Of a stretch of DNA of 64,000 bases, positions 1 to 13,291 are shown one piece after another. Location: contig NC_043003.1 in NCBI RefSeq assembly GCF_006345805.1, forward strand, positions 43,338,001-43,402,000, read 5' to 3'. The notes beneath the pieces were generated by a model, which saw nothing but the letters and a program-made list of their open reading frames with translations, had not been told where the DNA came from and made no database searches. The DNA comes from Octopus sinensis (taxonomy: Eukaryota). The position numbers were made by a program, and so were the translations under genes. The stretch's first letter is position 1. The number at the start of each line of letters is the position of its first letter.

Positions 1-16
1 CAAAATGTTGTCCTAT

Positions 17-250
17 GTAAACCCTGTTGTATGTGACACTGTCTACCAGTACCGGAAATTTGAAAGTGTTGAGTTAAAAAAATTAAATGGATGAAAGTCA
101 AAATCGACCGCGGCAGAACTCAGAACGTAAGAGTAAACCCTGTTCTATGTGACACATTCTATAAGTATCGGAAGTTTGGAAGGGTTTCGTAAAAAAAACA
201 ACTTAAATAACCTGTACGTCAAAGTCGACATTGGCGACTCAAAATATAAA
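17..250. repeat. Degenerate tandem duplication, ~116-bp unit, partly SINE-derived
   Basis: gtaaaccctgtt(g/c)tatgtgacac starts at 17 and 133. Each unit carries an aaa(a/g)tcgac...ggc...actca(g/a)aa segment resembling the adjacent SINE head. Confidence 0.6.
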
Positions 251-265
251 GACAGATGAAATACC

Positions 266-485
266 TATTTCTTTACTACCCAACAAGGGGCTAAACACAG
301 AGAGGGCACACAAGGACAGACAAACGGATTAAGTCGATTATATCGACCCCAGTGCGTAACTGGCACTTAATTTATCGACCCCGGAAGTCGACCTCGGCGG
401 AATTTGAACTCAGAACGTATCGGCAGACGAAATACGGCTACGCACTTCGCCCGGCGTGCTAACGATTCTGCCATCTCGCCGCCTT
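266..485 (-). mobile_element. tRNA-derived SINE (octopus OK/OR-type)
   Basis: Reverse strand begins aaggcggcgagatggcagaatcgttagcacgccgggcg, with B-box-like gagttcaaattcc and central ggggtcgataaattaagtgccagtt. Related copies at 42547 and 51380. Confidence 0.85.
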
Positions 486-955
486 AGAAGGTAAACATTC
501 AATTTAGAAAGATTTTCGATATTCTTATTGCCTAAGCGTTATTCCCTTACATCCTTACTTACAGATATAAATTTTCGTAACATTTTACCTCATGACTTTT
601 TTTGTCCTAATTTTTGTTCCATGCGACTAGCGATTCTGAGATCCTCGTGCATTTTTCTATCATTTAAGCCTAAGAAAAGTATACTTTTAATTTAGAATTT
701 TAAAATTTCATGTTAATTAAAGATGAATGTCTGCCTTCCTGCCTCCCTAGAGGTCACAGATATTTTGATGTAACCTTCTCTCTACTAAACCAAATCTCAA
801 ACGATTCATGCCAAAGTGTAGCTGAGGAGGTGTCCCCGTTAAAACTATTAACAGGTTGCGATTTAGTTGAGAACTGAATTAGTGGTGAAGCTTGGAATCG
901 GCTGCGATTGACGAAATGGTGGACTTCACAATATATTCAACCACTGACGTGGTTG

Positions 956-1080
<125 letters not shown>

Positions 1081-1209
1081 TAAGAGAAGGGATATAATAT
1101 CCTGGCAGATACCGAATTTCTCTTAGGAAAATGCAATATATATAGCGGTTTGTCAAAAACCGATAGAATAGGTGTCAGGCTTAAAAATAGGTGTCAAGCT
1201 TATGCTTAT

Positions 1210-1860
1210 CAATATTGTAGACATGGCTGCTACAATAAAAGTTTAGAATAGATTTGTGAAAGCTAATTATAATATACATGTAAAAAACGCAATAGTGAAG
1301 CCCTGGAGTTGTTTGTAGGGTATAAGAAAATGTAGATAACAGCCAAAGATTTTCTGTTTCAATTAAGTTGGTACAAAAAGTAAATGAATGGCACCTCGAA
1401 GAGATATGAAAATAAAATCACTGATAAATTAAGAGAAAATTTAAATTTAAAATAGATAAGTATTAAAATCCCATTAGCCATTAGCTATTAGTGGAAATGT
1501 CTGTTGTAAGATAATGTTCGAATTTTGTGCAAAATATATGTCAAAGACACAAGGCGACAACACGTTACTATTATATCAACTCTTTATAAGCGAAAATTTC
1601 AAACGCAAAATCAAAGAAAATGAAAAGATTGGAAAATATCAAGATAAGGCCAGACAAACGAGAAAATATTCTGACATATGAAGGAAAAATATTTTCTGTA
1701 GCTACATGAGAAATGGGAATAACATGAGATAATGTGTAAATGTTACAACTGAATAGCTAAATAGGAAAATCATTCGCAAATTTTTGACAGTCCAGAGTTT
1801 TTAGAAATAATCAAAATGTAACTATTCAAAATCAGCAGTAACAACAAAAATATCAATAAT
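1210..1860 (+). mobile_element. Highly decayed R4/Dong-clade LINE 3' remnant
   Basis: aaagaaaatgaaaagattggaaaatatcaagat encodes KENEKIGKYQD, resembling the restriction-like endonuclease motif KEKIEKYQDL. Flanks resemble decayed zinc-knuckle/IHW and VVIGALG regions, and the segment ends in aataataat. Confidence 0.4.
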
Positions 1861-1953
1861 AATATATGTAAATATATATCTATATTCATACTGTAACACA
1901 CGCATGCGCACATTCACTCACACACACACATTCCAACACACACACACATATAC

Positions 1954-1991
<38 letters not shown>

Positions 1992-2044
1992 AATATATAT
2001 AAATGTACATATACGCTATACGCATAAATATTTAGCTGTCTACA

Positions 2045-2086
<42 letters not shown>

Positions 2087-2534
2087 CCTATCAATCTATC
2101 TAGATGCATGCATGTTTATGTTACAGAAAAAAAGGTGATATTAATAAACTTCCTATTGAATGCAGTAATGGCAAAGGAAGTTGGATAAGCACAGCATATC
2201 CTGTTGCAATAGAGAAATATTGTCTGTTAAAATGTACTTCACAGAAAGTAACTAATAATTTTGAAGGCTAGTAAAATAGGAACAATAAATGCCGGGAAAG
2301 AGATTTCAATGGAATCTGGAAAGAGAAACAGAAGAAAATATGTATGAAATTCTTTCTGTAACTTACTGTATACAAAAGTACTCAGACTTGCAAATTTCAT
2401 AGAATCAGAATTGTTCATATCGACGTGGTATTGAAATTAAACTGCTTCATTTTGTGTGCATGGGTGTGTGAGATTTTTCGTGTAAGCGTGTGTATGTGTG
2501 TAAGTTTGTGTGCGTGAATTTGTCAGCTACTGAG

Positions 2535-2571
<37 letters not shown>

Positions 2572-2575
<4 letters not shown>

Positions 2576-2747
2576 AGAGTTTACGAAAAAAAAGACGAAC
2601 ACAGGTGGTGTACAAAACAAACAGATGTATTGGTATAATGTTCAGGAATAGAAAAAGTATTTTATGCTTCGAGCCTACGCTCTTCTACAGAAAGGGACAC
2701 CAAAAATAAGGGGAGAAAAAATGTGTGTAGTGGCTAACGATCTATCA

Positions 2748-2748
<1 letters not shown>
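2572..2748 (-). mobile_element. Solo Penelope-like terminal fragment (family B) inside (TA)n
   Basis: Reverse complement matches ~12250-12452 (gaagagcgtaggctcgaa; terminal ctccc). (TA)n lies on both sides. Confidence 0.75.
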
Positions 2749-2782
<34 letters not shown>

Positions 2783-5700
2783 TGTGTGATTTTGTATATA
2801 AGTCTTTCTCTATGTGCATGTGTGTGTGTTTGTGTGTGCGTGTGTGTGTGTGTTTATGCGTGTGTGTGGCAAACTGATATGCGAGACTTCTGCAATGAAC
2901 ATCTAATCTAGTCTGTCAACTCAAAAGGGAGCATTTAATTTTCATGCGAGTTGCACTACATCAGCTCGCAACTACATTAGCATCTACAAAAATAAACTAA
3001 AGTATAATACATGTTACCAGGAGACAGCAGTAGTTTTATTAACTTACAGCTTAGTCATTACAAATATCTCGGTTGATATACGGATTTTTCTGTAGCCCCT
3101 TACCTCTGGTAGATACCATTTTAATTGCAAATGTGAAAAAACACTCGTCCCGTATGATAAGAAAAACCACAAACAACATAAATTAATAATATACTAGCTC
3201 TTGCTATTTTAGTATGAATGATATAGTTTTACAGTTACATTGTTATTAGACATTATCATACGAAAAGGACAGATACATCGTTTCGTTATTTCTTATTGTT
3301 CGTTATCTCCGACAAATTAGTGTTTATAAGGTTTAATATGAAATATGTTACATCCTGATGCATTAATTTATAATTTGTGCACCCCTCACACACAAAAACA
3401 CACTCACACATACACATTTGAACACGAAAATGAACAGTGTGTTCATTTGTGTGTGCGTATGTTTGCACGTGTGTGACTGTATGTGTAAGTGTGTCCGTAC
3501 GTGTGTTAATATATAGCTGTCTATTGTACCTGCTAATATAATATTTTATCTCAGTCTCAAATATAGAAGACATTGCATACTTGTACTGTATCACATCGAA
3601 TAATTATACACAAAAATATACACAAGCATATTTATGCTAACGCTTTCAAATATGCATGCTTGTATATATGTGTGCGTGTGCGTGTGAGTGCTTGCGTACC
3701 TGTATTCTTGTAGTGCCTAGTCACTTTTACTGAAAGACCGCAAAAATACAACCGTTCAGGAATGTTGGAAGTATCATACAGTTGAATGGACAATAATAGG
3801 CCTTTAGAGTGTAAGCACACATATAATTTGAAATGTTTACAGAATGTCTCGGATAAAACAATAATCTAGAAGCGGATCAGTCATAAAGCAAACACAACTG
3901 CGTATTCTTCTATACTCTATAGTGTAACATGCACTGAGCTATTATGTTATTGTATGTCTAGCAAATTTAGGAGTGTATACAAAAGAAAGAAAATGAAAAC
4001 GGAGATTTAAAAAAATTGAATGCGAAAGTAAATATAAAGGAACAATTAAAAGTGGTAAAACTTCCATGTTTAAATGAATAGCAAACACTAGTGAAGTTAT
4101 TTGGCGACGTGACAACACATTTATAATATTTTTTTCTGTATATAATTGAATACAAAATATTCTGAATTATTTTTGTCGTTTAGTTAATCACAGCTCTTTC
4201 AGCGTTTGCCATATTACTTTGGGTAACAGTGTGTACGTCAGAATTTCATGTATAAAAATTATAAATAGATGTAATTATGTCTGTTGGACGAACTAATTCA
4301 GCAAAGTAATTTCAGTTTCAATCCCATTGGACAGTTTATACGCAGACTGATTCTATTAAAGTCAGCCATTCAGAGATAATGCAGTACGATCGTTTCACGT
4401 AACTCCATTTAATTGAACAATACTACCATTATATCAATTTAAATGCAGAACAATCCTCACCTGCTCAAAGACATAGGATTTAATTAAATTAAAACACATG
4501 GACACATTAGTATAATTTTGCCTGAAATCTCCAAGAAGTTAACGAGATAGACAGAGAACATGCTGCATTTCTTTCCACTCAGTAGCTTCTAAGTATATAT
4601 ATATGATGTAGCATGCAGGCGACACAGTGTTGTGGAATATGGCTAAAACCCACTTTAGATCAACTGAAACATGCTTGGGCATTCGACCAGTAAAAAGGCA
4701 AGTTTCTCTGCAGTATAGGACGAGAATACACTTATTTGAGGAGACATATGTCAAAGCAACAATAATTTGTCAGATCACCACCTTTAGACTAATGAACGTG
4801 TTTAAAGCATTAAAGTATCTTGTAAAGAAGAAAAATAAAGAGCTTCAAATGATTTTATACTGGACAGGCATCGATCAGTAATTAAATCATCCAGTTCTTT
4901 ATATTGTCTGATGATTGGCTAAGTTTTGGCTGCGTCATAACTACTTTGCTGAAATAGATTGTGTTTCTCTTTTTTCAGTTGCTATCTGTAGCTTGCTTGT
5001 TATTTTTGGACGTTTTATAGTGTTGTATATGCTGTAGAAGAATATACTTTTGTTCGAGTAAAACCCGATTGAGTTATATGAGTCAGGTAAATTTTATCAT
5101 TTCGCTTATAATATGGATAGTAGAGAGTAAACCTTTCAAAAATTTAAACAGGATTTTGACTATCCAAGGCAAAAAATATAAAAAATAAAACAAGCTTGGG
5201 TGTATCGGTAAAACTCTAATTACCCTAGAAATATTTAATATAGTATAAAAGAAGCATACTAAAGCGATGCCGCTAAAGTAGAGATTTCAGCTAATATGAA
5301 ACACCAGTTCACTATTTTAAAGTGTTATATTCGTAACATACATGAAAACACAAAATATGTTATAGACAATGTAATAAAAAATTTGTTCATAACTTATGTC
5401 GATGGTTTTAATACATTTATGAGTTTGAATGATTGATTCTTATTGCATGTTTAAAAAGCCAGATGCACAATTTGACAGATAACAGTAATACCAAACCTAA
5501 TTTCTAACGCTTTCCAGTGCAGCATATTGTACAACAGTCTAATTGGTCGATATCCTCTTTAAAATATTTCATTGAAACGACGTTGAAAACATAACCAGAC
5601 AGATTCTTTAAGGGCGTTTTTCGAAACAAAATATATAAAATGAATCAACAAGAATGGAAGAATAGCAAACGATTCAGTTTTAAATACAGACATTATGACG

Positions 5701-6869
5701 AAATTAAACTATCATGAAGAATAGAAAGAGAAAAGAAGCAGACATAAAATAAAATAAATGAGAAACTATTATTTTTAATTATTCAGATTGACTTGCTTCA
5801 AGGATCGCTATTGTCAACAAATTTCCGAATTGAAATTATTTATTTTCCTTTTCTTCCTTTATGGTTTTTCCGTCTTTATTCTCATTTTAAGTGATTGGTT
5901 TATAAATGCTATTTCCGACGCTTAAAACTATATAATTCTCAGTAATATTAAAAGAAACCGAAATACAATACATCAAATAAAATACGATATTTAAAAAAGA
6001 AACAAATAGACAAAAAAATCTATCAATCATGACTCTTAGATGATTTAGCTCTTGAAAAATTAAATATAAGCTATTACATAATATGAGAGCGGAAAGCTAT
6101 TTAGACTTCTTCCTATTATTCTCTGTACAACGCAAATTGTAGATAAATTGCGTAAATTTTCGGAGACTTCCTTTAAAATGAAGAATTAATCGGAACTCAA
6201 GAGTAGTTTCATCAAGTGGATTTATGAGATTCATTTGCGGCACAAGTTATGTTTGCAATTAATTCATGAAATAATTAACTCAGTGAAGATAAAAACGAAT
6301 GTAACGTGAAGAGATATAAAAATATAACAAATTATGTATCTGTATATTACGGTGGTTAACATTTAGATAGATATATTGACTGTAAGTGAAACCGTGTGTG
6401 CTAAGGACTGAATACGAATTGTTTTAGCATTCAGATAGCAAAACACAATTATTTTCACTTAACAGAGTCGCAATCGTGACTCCTTGGCTTTTCATAGAAG
6501 TCAGGTGTTCAATTAAAAACGAAAAGTGGGAAATGAAATTAACTCTACAATGTAGTCCTTATCAACGCTAGAAATGTTTTCCTGTTTGTATTCCTCCGTA
6601 TCTACTTTCCCCTCACTTACTACTTAATGGACATTTTAGATTGGCGTGGTATTGATGTAAATGTTTATATAATTAATAGGACAAATCTGGAGTGGATAGC
6701 AAGAATTTAATATGGGTCAAATAAGTAAAAGGTATAAATCACTGTTTACATACGTGTGAACGGTTGTGCTTTCTTGTTTGTTTTTGTATATGTATGTGTA
6801 TGCTGTGTGTGTGCGCATATGATAATATGTGTGTGTGTGTGTGTGTGGTTATATGTTGTAGTTACATGT

Positions 6870-7420
6870 ATTGTGGGAAAACTTAAGGCAGAAAGGTTTC
6901 TGCTGGTTAAGTTTATTAAAGTAAGATGCCAATTATTTTATATGGGACTCAGAAGTCCCATATTTGGAGTTAAGCTTAACTAAATAAATTTAAACGAGGT
7001 TACTAAACTGATAGATTGAGTGTATCCCATATTTGGTTTTCTTGTAAGGTTTGAGCGTCTGGAAAATTTCTTTTATAAAAATTAAATGCATTAATAATGT
7101 ATTAGTTACGATGTCATTAAATTACTGTTTTAATATTGGTAGTAACTGAACGAGAATCTCTGGATGATGTGCGTTCATAAAAACGTGAATAGCTTTGAGT
7201 GCGTTTAAAGTTATTCCTGTTTATACGATTTTCAGTTATGTTCCCCTATTTATTATGTGAGATGTCGAATAAGACATGTTCGTGTTCAAATCAGAACATC
7301 ATGTCCTAACCAAGGTAATTTCTATTTTTTAATGATGGTTTGGATTATCATGAATGCTTCTTTTTGCCAGTAAATTCATTTTGGAATATATTGATTCCAT
7401 TTAACACGCGATATATATAT
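6870..7420 (-). mobile_element. Very decayed Penelope GIY-YIG remnant
   Basis: Reverse-strand fragments read (C)PWLG, ITENRI and LKPYK, in the order expected for a PLE GIY-YIG domain. Many stops and frameshifts. Confidence 0.35.
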
Positions 7421-8189
7421 CAGTTCAATTAAATTACTCAAGTTCACATATTTGACATGAGTATAATGTCAGGTCTCACATTCAAAAAAAACTATTGTGA
7501 AGAGCACTATAACCTGACATTCCAATATATTTCATTAAGAACAAATGAAACGGCATTAAATCAAAACCACTCTCCCTGTATGTACAGCATTAGAAGGCAT
7601 AAATCCGTGGATTTCTCTGGGATGAAAGATCTTTATAAACTTTTTGTGGTAAAAATACAATATATTTTGGAGTATAACAACATAGTCGCCTTAATGACGC
7701 AAAAGAAAGGAGCAAACATACGAATAAAAACACAATAAATTATCATAATATTAAAAAAAAACAATTCGCTATTGAACAGATCAACTATGTTAGTGAATAA
7801 ATCAATCAGCGATAGAACTACTTTTGTATGGAGTGAGTTCCATGTGTAAGTGATATTAAAACAGGTTTACACGTAGTTTATAGGTAGTTACATTTCAAAA
7901 GGTAAGTTCAGATTTAAAAAATAAACCCTGTCATATGTCTAAATATAAATATGAAAAATAAGTCAAAATAAAAAGAATATGGGAACGTTTGAATAATTGA
8001 TAATACTCCGAAGTATTATATCACTATTTCACACCAAGATAATATCAAATTCACAGGAAACACACTATAAAATGAAATGTATGAGGTATGGAAGTATCGC
8101 AGTGAACACACATGCCCGTGTACAGAAATCTATATATATAAAACTCAACTTGTGTGTCTCTATGTGTATCTGTGTGTGTGTCTGTGTGT

Positions 8190-8550
8190 TTAACTTCCCG
8201 GCACATCTCCTCCTAGCCAACAAATCGTAGAACCACAAAAAATGGGTCACTTAAAGTTTAGGCGAATGAAAATTGAACTGCGCTATTTCTGTTCCGCAAT
8301 TCATCTCGCTGTCTTCACCACGCGTGCAAGCATGCGTAAATTGCATGAAAATTAAAAAAATAAGATATAAAAACGAATCGCCTTAAACATTGTAGAAATT
8401 CGGCAAAGAAATGAATTTTCGGGATGTAGCCTGGAGGGTTTTTTCGTATTAATTGTTTGGACTTTGTGAACACATACCAATGGTTTTCATAACATTTTTT
8501 ACGCCTTGAATTAAATGTGACCATTTTGCAAAGCCGGGCAATACTGCTAC
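8190..8550 (+). mobile_element. Possible non-autonomous Helitron 3' fragment
   Basis: Ends gcaaagccgggcaatactgctact, resembling a Helitron subterminal hairpin plus CTAG 3' end (degenerate). Confidence 0.3.
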
Positions 8551-9896
8551 TTTATAATAAAGAATAACAAATGCTCTATAATTGAACTTAAATAGAAAAC
8601 ATATGGAAAGTATACATCAAACAGAGTATAAATCGAACTTGTCAAAGAAATTTCAAATAAAACACACATGGCTACACGTAAAAGACGCACTTCACCTGAC
8701 GAAACAAAAGACTATAACAATAGTACAACATATGACCAAAAGCAAATCAGAATTCAAAATGAGGAGATATTTGGAGATATAGTTTAATAAAATAGAAGGT
8801 AAGAGATACGTTATGATTAGAGATTGTATACTAACTCTAAATAAACCATAATTTACTCTCTATTTACGAACTTAGAAATACGATAATACCAAGATGATAA
8901 AGTTAGACAAATGTCTTCATTAGATTAGTCAATACATAAAAATAACTGGGTGCGTCGAGGAAAAACACAACAACAAACTCTATACCGAAGAGTTAAAGGA
9001 ATGTAGTTCAAAATATTGGTCAATTTAACATGAACTTTGTACAAAAATGAGGCGTATGCTGGGCTGTAAAGACATTTAATAAACATGTGTCCGTTTGTGC
9101 GCGTGTGTGTGTGCGCGCGTATGTGTGTGTGTGTGTTTGTCTTTCCGGTCAAAGAAATAGAGATTTCGAGAAGAGTGGCGTTTTTTAACAGATGAAATGA
9201 ATAGGATAAAATGGCTACGAAAAAATGGGTACAAAAGTGTACACCTCAAGATTTTCAAAAGAGATTCGAAATTTGTGTTCCAAAAATGCCCAGATACATT
9301 GCTTGCGATTGACATGACTGAGTAGTATATTTATATGCATAAAGAATTAATGTGGTTTAATAAAAAGCTGTTAGGCCTCGTTTTGCATTACTTTTGAAAA
9401 TATTCTCGTTGTACATGCACTGGTCAAGTGTACCTGCTTCAAGAGGGAGCTCATTACGTATCGCACTCTGGTAGTCCACCGACATTAATCGGGTACTAAT
9501 ATGATCAATCTTACACGAATTATGATGCCAAAGATTTGGGGAAAAAATTTCCGTTGTATATGTGTGTGCGTGTGTGTATGTGATTGTGTGTATATAACTC
9601 AGCATTTAAATGCTGCCTTCATATTGTCGATCAAATAAAGTACATTTTGAGTACTAGGTTTGATTGAATCACTATTTCGCCTACAAGAAAAAAAGAACTC
9701 TCTTGAGTATAAGCTATGAAAAATATGATCAATCGCATAACTTCCTCTAATATATATTTCTTGTCCGATAGTCTGAGAGAAAATGATGTTTTTGATATAT
9801 GTGTACATACACACATATATATAATATATATATATATAGATAGATAGATACATGCATACATACATACATACATACATACATACAATTATATATATA

Positions 9897-9942
<46 letters not shown>

Positions 9943-10058
9943 ATGTTTGTGTAAGTATAATATATATTGCATATTATGTATATGTGTGTATATATGCATA
10001 TATACAGATTTCCATATATATATATATGTATATATATATATGTATATTCATATGTATA

Positions 10059-10102
<44 letters not shown>

Positions 10103-10619
10103 GACCGTTTGCTTCAAAGCAAGACAAAGCAATATACTACTGATTCTACACACTAATTACTTTAGCAGTAACCAAAGCTAATAAATAAAACATTTCTTTC
10201 ATAATTTAGATAAAGTTATCACCTGCGTCAAAGGTCATGCTGTAATCAGTTTTCTATTGGCGTAATCTTAGAATTAATCTGCAGATTCAGTGATGGAGTT
10301 TTCACACATTCACTGAACAATCAATAAGGTCAGATGTCTTTTTATCACTTACCCACTGGTTCTTTCAAACTTTCACCCGTCTCTGTTCCTTCTCTGTCTC
10401 TCTCTTTATTTCTTTCTCCTCGACTCTGTCTGTCTCTTTCTATCTGTCTGCTGTCTAGTCTGACTGTCTCTCTCTACTCCCTTTCTTCCTCTCTCTCTCT
10501 CAGTCTTCTTCTATATGAATTTCGTTTCTCACATTCATAGCTTGATTCTTTCTGTCAGTGCTCCTGTTTATCTGTCTGCCTCACTTTGTCTCAGTTTCTC
10601 TTTCTCTCTCGCTCTCTCT

Positions 10620-10673
<54 letters not shown>

Positions 10674-10676
<3 letters not shown>

Positions 10677-11473
10677 GGGACAGACCCTCTATAGTTCAGG
10701 CTTCGTCCACCAAAAGCCACATGATGCAACTCTCAGGCATCAATCTGCGACCGCTGTTATTGAGTGTAGTCCTGCTGCCACGGGGTGTGTCTTTGTTTTT
10801 ACCTTGCATTTTCCCTGTTCGTTGATTTTTGCGATGGTTGAAACGTTGGATATCCGCACTTCCGTCAAATTCAGTTTTCTGCGGGAGAAAACGGCGGCCT
10901 AAACAGTTGTCATGCTTCAAACAGCTTACAAGGACGCTGCCACGAACAGAACCAGTTTACAAGATTTTACCCCACTTTAGGAATGGTCACTTGTCACTTG
11001 AAACCAACTTCGTTCCGAACGAATGAAAATATGAACATTTATGAACTTATCTTAGAGGCCCGTCAACGAACAATTGGCAAATTGTTGAGCAAGTAGTCGA
11101 GAATGAAGGAAGTTGAGACAAAATTTGTACCTCACTTGCTCAAGGAAGGTCAAAAGCAGTCATTACTGAATACATTCCGTAAACTGAAAGAACAGTGGGA
11201 TGTTGATCTGGATCCTTTTCTCTAGGGTCATCACTAATGAGAACATATGGCGCTACAGAATTTGCAGCTGTGGAAGAGGTAAATAAAAAACGACGTTAAA
11301 AAGACATCACTTTGCCAAAGTTCTAGCACAGCTTCGAATAGCGGAATACGCGCATGGACCGATGCATTGCTTCAAATGGAGAATATTTTGACGGCGATAG
11401 AGTGTAAACATGAAAAAATAAGTGAATAAAATAGCATTGCAAACGTCCGGTTTCTTTTGGGTACCACCTCATA
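10674..11473 (+). mobile_element. Mariner (Tc1/mariner) transposon relic with internal deletion
   Basis: Translates with stops and frameshifts as VKFSFLREKTAA*TVVMLQTAYKDAA, FRNGHLSLE, KFVPHLL, RVITNE.IW and MDRCIASNGEYFDGD. Right TIR-like ccggtttcttttgggtaccacctc followed by ata. Confidence 0.85.
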
Positions 11474-11502
11474 TATATTTATATATATATGAGGAGGTTT
11501 TA

Positions 11503-11618
11503 AGTGGAGCTTTTAAGTGTTTTCGCTCAATAAACACACAGAACGCCCGGTCTGGGGATCGAAACCGCGATCCTCCGACCGCGAGTCCACTGCCCTAACC
11601 ACTGGGCCATTGCGCCTC

Positions 11619-11620
<2 letters not shown>
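11503..11620 (-). mobile_element. tRNA-derived SINE head (OR-type)
   Basis: Reverse strand tggaggcgcaatggcccagtggttagggc...ggtttcgatcccc carries A and B boxes. Confidence 0.85.
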
Positions 11621-11666
<46 letters not shown>

Positions 11667-11709
11667 TAATATATACATATATATATATATATACACATAT
11701 ATATATATG

Positions 11710-11742
<33 letters not shown>

Positions 11743-11784
11743 TATTTACATAATATATATATACATACATATATATAATATACA

Positions 11785-11852
<68 letters not shown>

Positions 11853-11857
<5 letters not shown>

Positions 11858-12452
11858 TCGGTTTGTCCTTACACAGAGGCCATCCGGATTCCGTTTGCGC
11901 CGTGAACATGAATTAATCTTCTCTCTTCGCTCTTATACGCCATTGGTCTCAACTCTCCCCCCTCCTCATCTAACCTCCCCCCGACCCCTACTTCTCTTCA
12001 GTCCTTCATCCTTTCACCCCTACTCCTCTTCACATCATATATACATACAAACGTCTAGACCTCTCATACGCACTAATACTCTCTCATACACACGCTCTTC
12101 TCATACACACACACACACTCTTATGTTTGAGCGAGGTCATTCAACCCTATTATCTTCCCTAATTTCGCTCTTGCGTCTCATGTTTGATCTTTGACTTTGG
12201 CCGAAATCAGATCGCCATGTTGATTCGCTAGCTTCTGCATGCATATTTTTTTTCTCTCCTACTTTCTGTGTTTTTTCTCTGTGTATCTTTCTGTTGAAGA
12301 GCGTAGGCTCGAAACGTTAAAGACTTGTTTCATTTATATTTCCTGAGCGCCATACTAATACAATTCTTTGTTTGTATTCCACTTGCCTTCGTCTTTTGTT
12401 TATTTCCGTAAACCTGCCTTCGTCTTTTGTCTATTTTCATAAAGCTTCCCGT
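11853..12452 (+). mobile_element. Penelope-like element 3' end (family B)
   Basis: [13 protein letters not shown]...[16 protein letters not shown] resembles a PLE GIY-YIG C-terminus. It is followed by a pyrimidine-rich 3' UTR, a hammerhead-like motif and a short terminal duplication, and is bounded by (TA)n. Confidence 0.75.
12286..12323 (+). ncRNA. Minimal hammerhead-like motif with CUGUUGA core
   Basis: tcttt-CTGTTGA-a-gagc(gtag)gctc-GAAA-cg-T-T-aaaga: helix I tcttt/aaaga, helix II gagc/gctc, palindromic ACGT helix III. Confidence 0.55.
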
Positions 12453-12523
12453 TATATATATATATGTATATATATGAAAAAACAAGTCAAAAATAGAAAA
12501 TGCTAAAATAATTTTATAGTGAA

Positions 12524-12571
12524 CATTTCAGTACCGGTTTCGGTCATTTTGAGACCTTTTCAACTGTAACG
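12524..12571 (-). ncRNA. Minimal type-I hammerhead ribozyme, U3-A8 core variant
   Basis: Reverse strand: cgttacag-TTGAAAA-ggtc(tcaaaat)gacc-GAAA-ccgg-TA-ctgaaatg. GUA triplet and ACCGGT palindrome. Confidence 0.75.
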
Positions 12572-13291
12572 ATTAAATAATTAAATTTAGAAAAATTAGA
12601 AGAAAAGTTTTTTTAAAAGAATATTTCTATAGTAGTGTTCAGATTTAAGTGGCATTCTGCCTTTCTCTGACTCCCTTGTTTGCACTTGTGTGTCGGAGGT
12701 CGTTGTGAGTTCTTGGAAGGGTAGTAGAGGAAGAAGGCTGGTGGGGAAAGGGGGATGGGAGAATCTGGGAGTGCCCTGATGGTCGTATTTTGAATGGTCA
12801 GTGGCGGCTGGCAGTCTCAGTTCAATTCAGGAGAATATTTATTTGACAGGCTTGTTTATAGAATTAGCGTAGGTGTTATACTAAAAAACATTAGTGACAA
12901 AGTTAAGGGGTAGGGGGTGGAGAAGTAAGAAGAAGAAGAAGAAGAAAGAAGAAGAAGAAGGAGAAGGAGAAGATGACGATGATGGTGGTGGTGGTGATGA
13001 TTATGACGACGATGATGATGATAATGATGATGATGAAGAAGAAGAAGAAGAAGAAGAAGAAGGAGGAGAAGGAGAGATGTGGTGGTGATGGTGGTGATGA
13101 TGATGACGACGATGATGATGAAATGATGATGATGAAGAAGAAGAGGAAGAAGAAGAAGAAGAAAAACAGAGAAGGGGGAATATGAATGGGTGTAAGTATA
13201 GCTATGAAGGGGCTGATTAGTAATGGATTCTATGGAGTGTAATATTTGTGTGTGTATATATATTTTTCTTTTATTCTAAAGTTGAGGTATA

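Noticed and set aside
4627-4881. 84-aa ORF
   Set aside because: No recognisable motif, and the length is compatible with chance.
12894-13185. Acidic/basic low-complexity ORFs (poly K/E/D/M)
   Set aside because: They come from GAA/GAT trinucleotide blocks in the antisense of a Penelope 3' UTR.
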